From UHGV virus genome UHGV-0073333: a stretch of DNA of 15,124 bases; one strand, written 5' to 3'. The stretch's first letter is position 1, and each line of letters starts with the position of its first letter. The notes below the pieces were generated by a model. That model made no database searches. It was given only the letters and a program-made list of their open reading frames with translations, and was not told the DNA's origin. A program made the position numbers and the translations under genes. Shown in pieces: positions 14,815 to 15,124 of this stretch. The stretch is from a virus.

Positions 14815-15124
14815 GTGAAACTCAATGCCCGTCAAATAGACACTGCCAAGCCAAAAGAGAAGGCTTACAAGTTGGCTGATGGTGGTGGTCTGTACCTCCT
14901 GGTAAAACCTGGTGGAGGAGAATATTGGCGTCTCAAGTATCGTGTAGCTGGTAAAGAGAAGCTGTTAGCACTAGGTGTGTATCCTGAGGTCACCTTAGCT
15001 GATGCTCCTGCAAAACTTGAAGAAGCTAAAAGAGGTATCTCTGGGGGAATCGATCTGATGGAAGTGAAGCGAGAGGAAAAGATTGCCCGGGAAACGCAGT
15101 TAAACAACACCTTCAAAGATATTG
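14815..15124 (+). CDS. int: Tyrosine integrase, P4-type (DUF4102 arm-binding N-terminal domain); 5' partial, continues past window end
   Basis: GTG 14815 with GGAG at 14801-14804; N-terminal KPKEKAYKLADGGGLYLLVKPGGGEYWRLKYRVAGKEKLLALGVYPEV matches the conserved P4-family integrase signature. Confidence 0.85.
   Translation, partial: MKLNARQIDTAKPKEKAYKLADGGGLYLLVKPGGGEYWRLKYRVAGKEKLLALGVYPEVTLADAPAKLEEAKRGISGGIDLMEVKREEKIARETQLNNTFKDI

Larger units (their letters stand above)
1..15124. mobile_element. Part of a P4-like / satellite-type integrative element (replication module, cargo, integrase); boundaries lie outside the window
   Basis: Co-occurrence of alpha-type primase-helicase, iteron clusters, AT-rich cargo genes and a DUF4102-type integrase N-terminus; no att core or tRNA identified. 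Confidence 0.6.

Noticed and set aside
14505-15116. Minus-strand ORFs 14505..14687 and 14865..15116
   Set aside because: The first lies in the repeat-rich int leader without a ribosome-binding site; the second is antisense to the well-supported integrase reading frame.
1-15124. CRISPR array or rRNA genes
   Set aside because: No regularly spaced 25-40-bp direct repeats with unique spacers and no rRNA-like conserved stretches anywhere in the window.

Overview
The window reads as the replication-to-integration arm of a P4-like integrative element (alpha-type primase-helicase plus DUF4102-type tyrosine integrase), with an 8.4-kb cargo segment bracketed by two inverted iteron clusters of about 110 bp. 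Positions 48-5172 hold eight translationally coupled small genes leading into a 918-aa zinc-ribbon/TOPRIM/P-loop primase-helicase. After iteron cluster A and a strong terminator, a five-gene plus-strand operon (5757-10143) encodes Gln/Ala/Gly-rich low-complexity proteins whose order and sizes resemble the gp14-gp7-gp20-gp16 DNA-ejection cassette of P22-like podoviruses, yet no capsid, terminase, tail or lysis genes are present. An open frame with no start codon continues to 10604, followed by a terminator. Convergent AT-rich minus-strand cargo follows: a membrane protein of about 139 aa (10623-11042), a 760-bp repeat-rich non-coding region, and a two-gene operon (13340-11805) encoding a 361-aa protein plus a 145-aa membrane protein. 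I could not assign this pair to any family and consider it the best candidate for an undescribed defence or abortive-infection module. Iteron cluster B, a PerC-like small regulator, a repeat-dense 700-bp non-coding region with no tRNA, and the 5' end of the integrase close the window. All family assignments rest on motif and organisation recognition by eye; no database search was possible.
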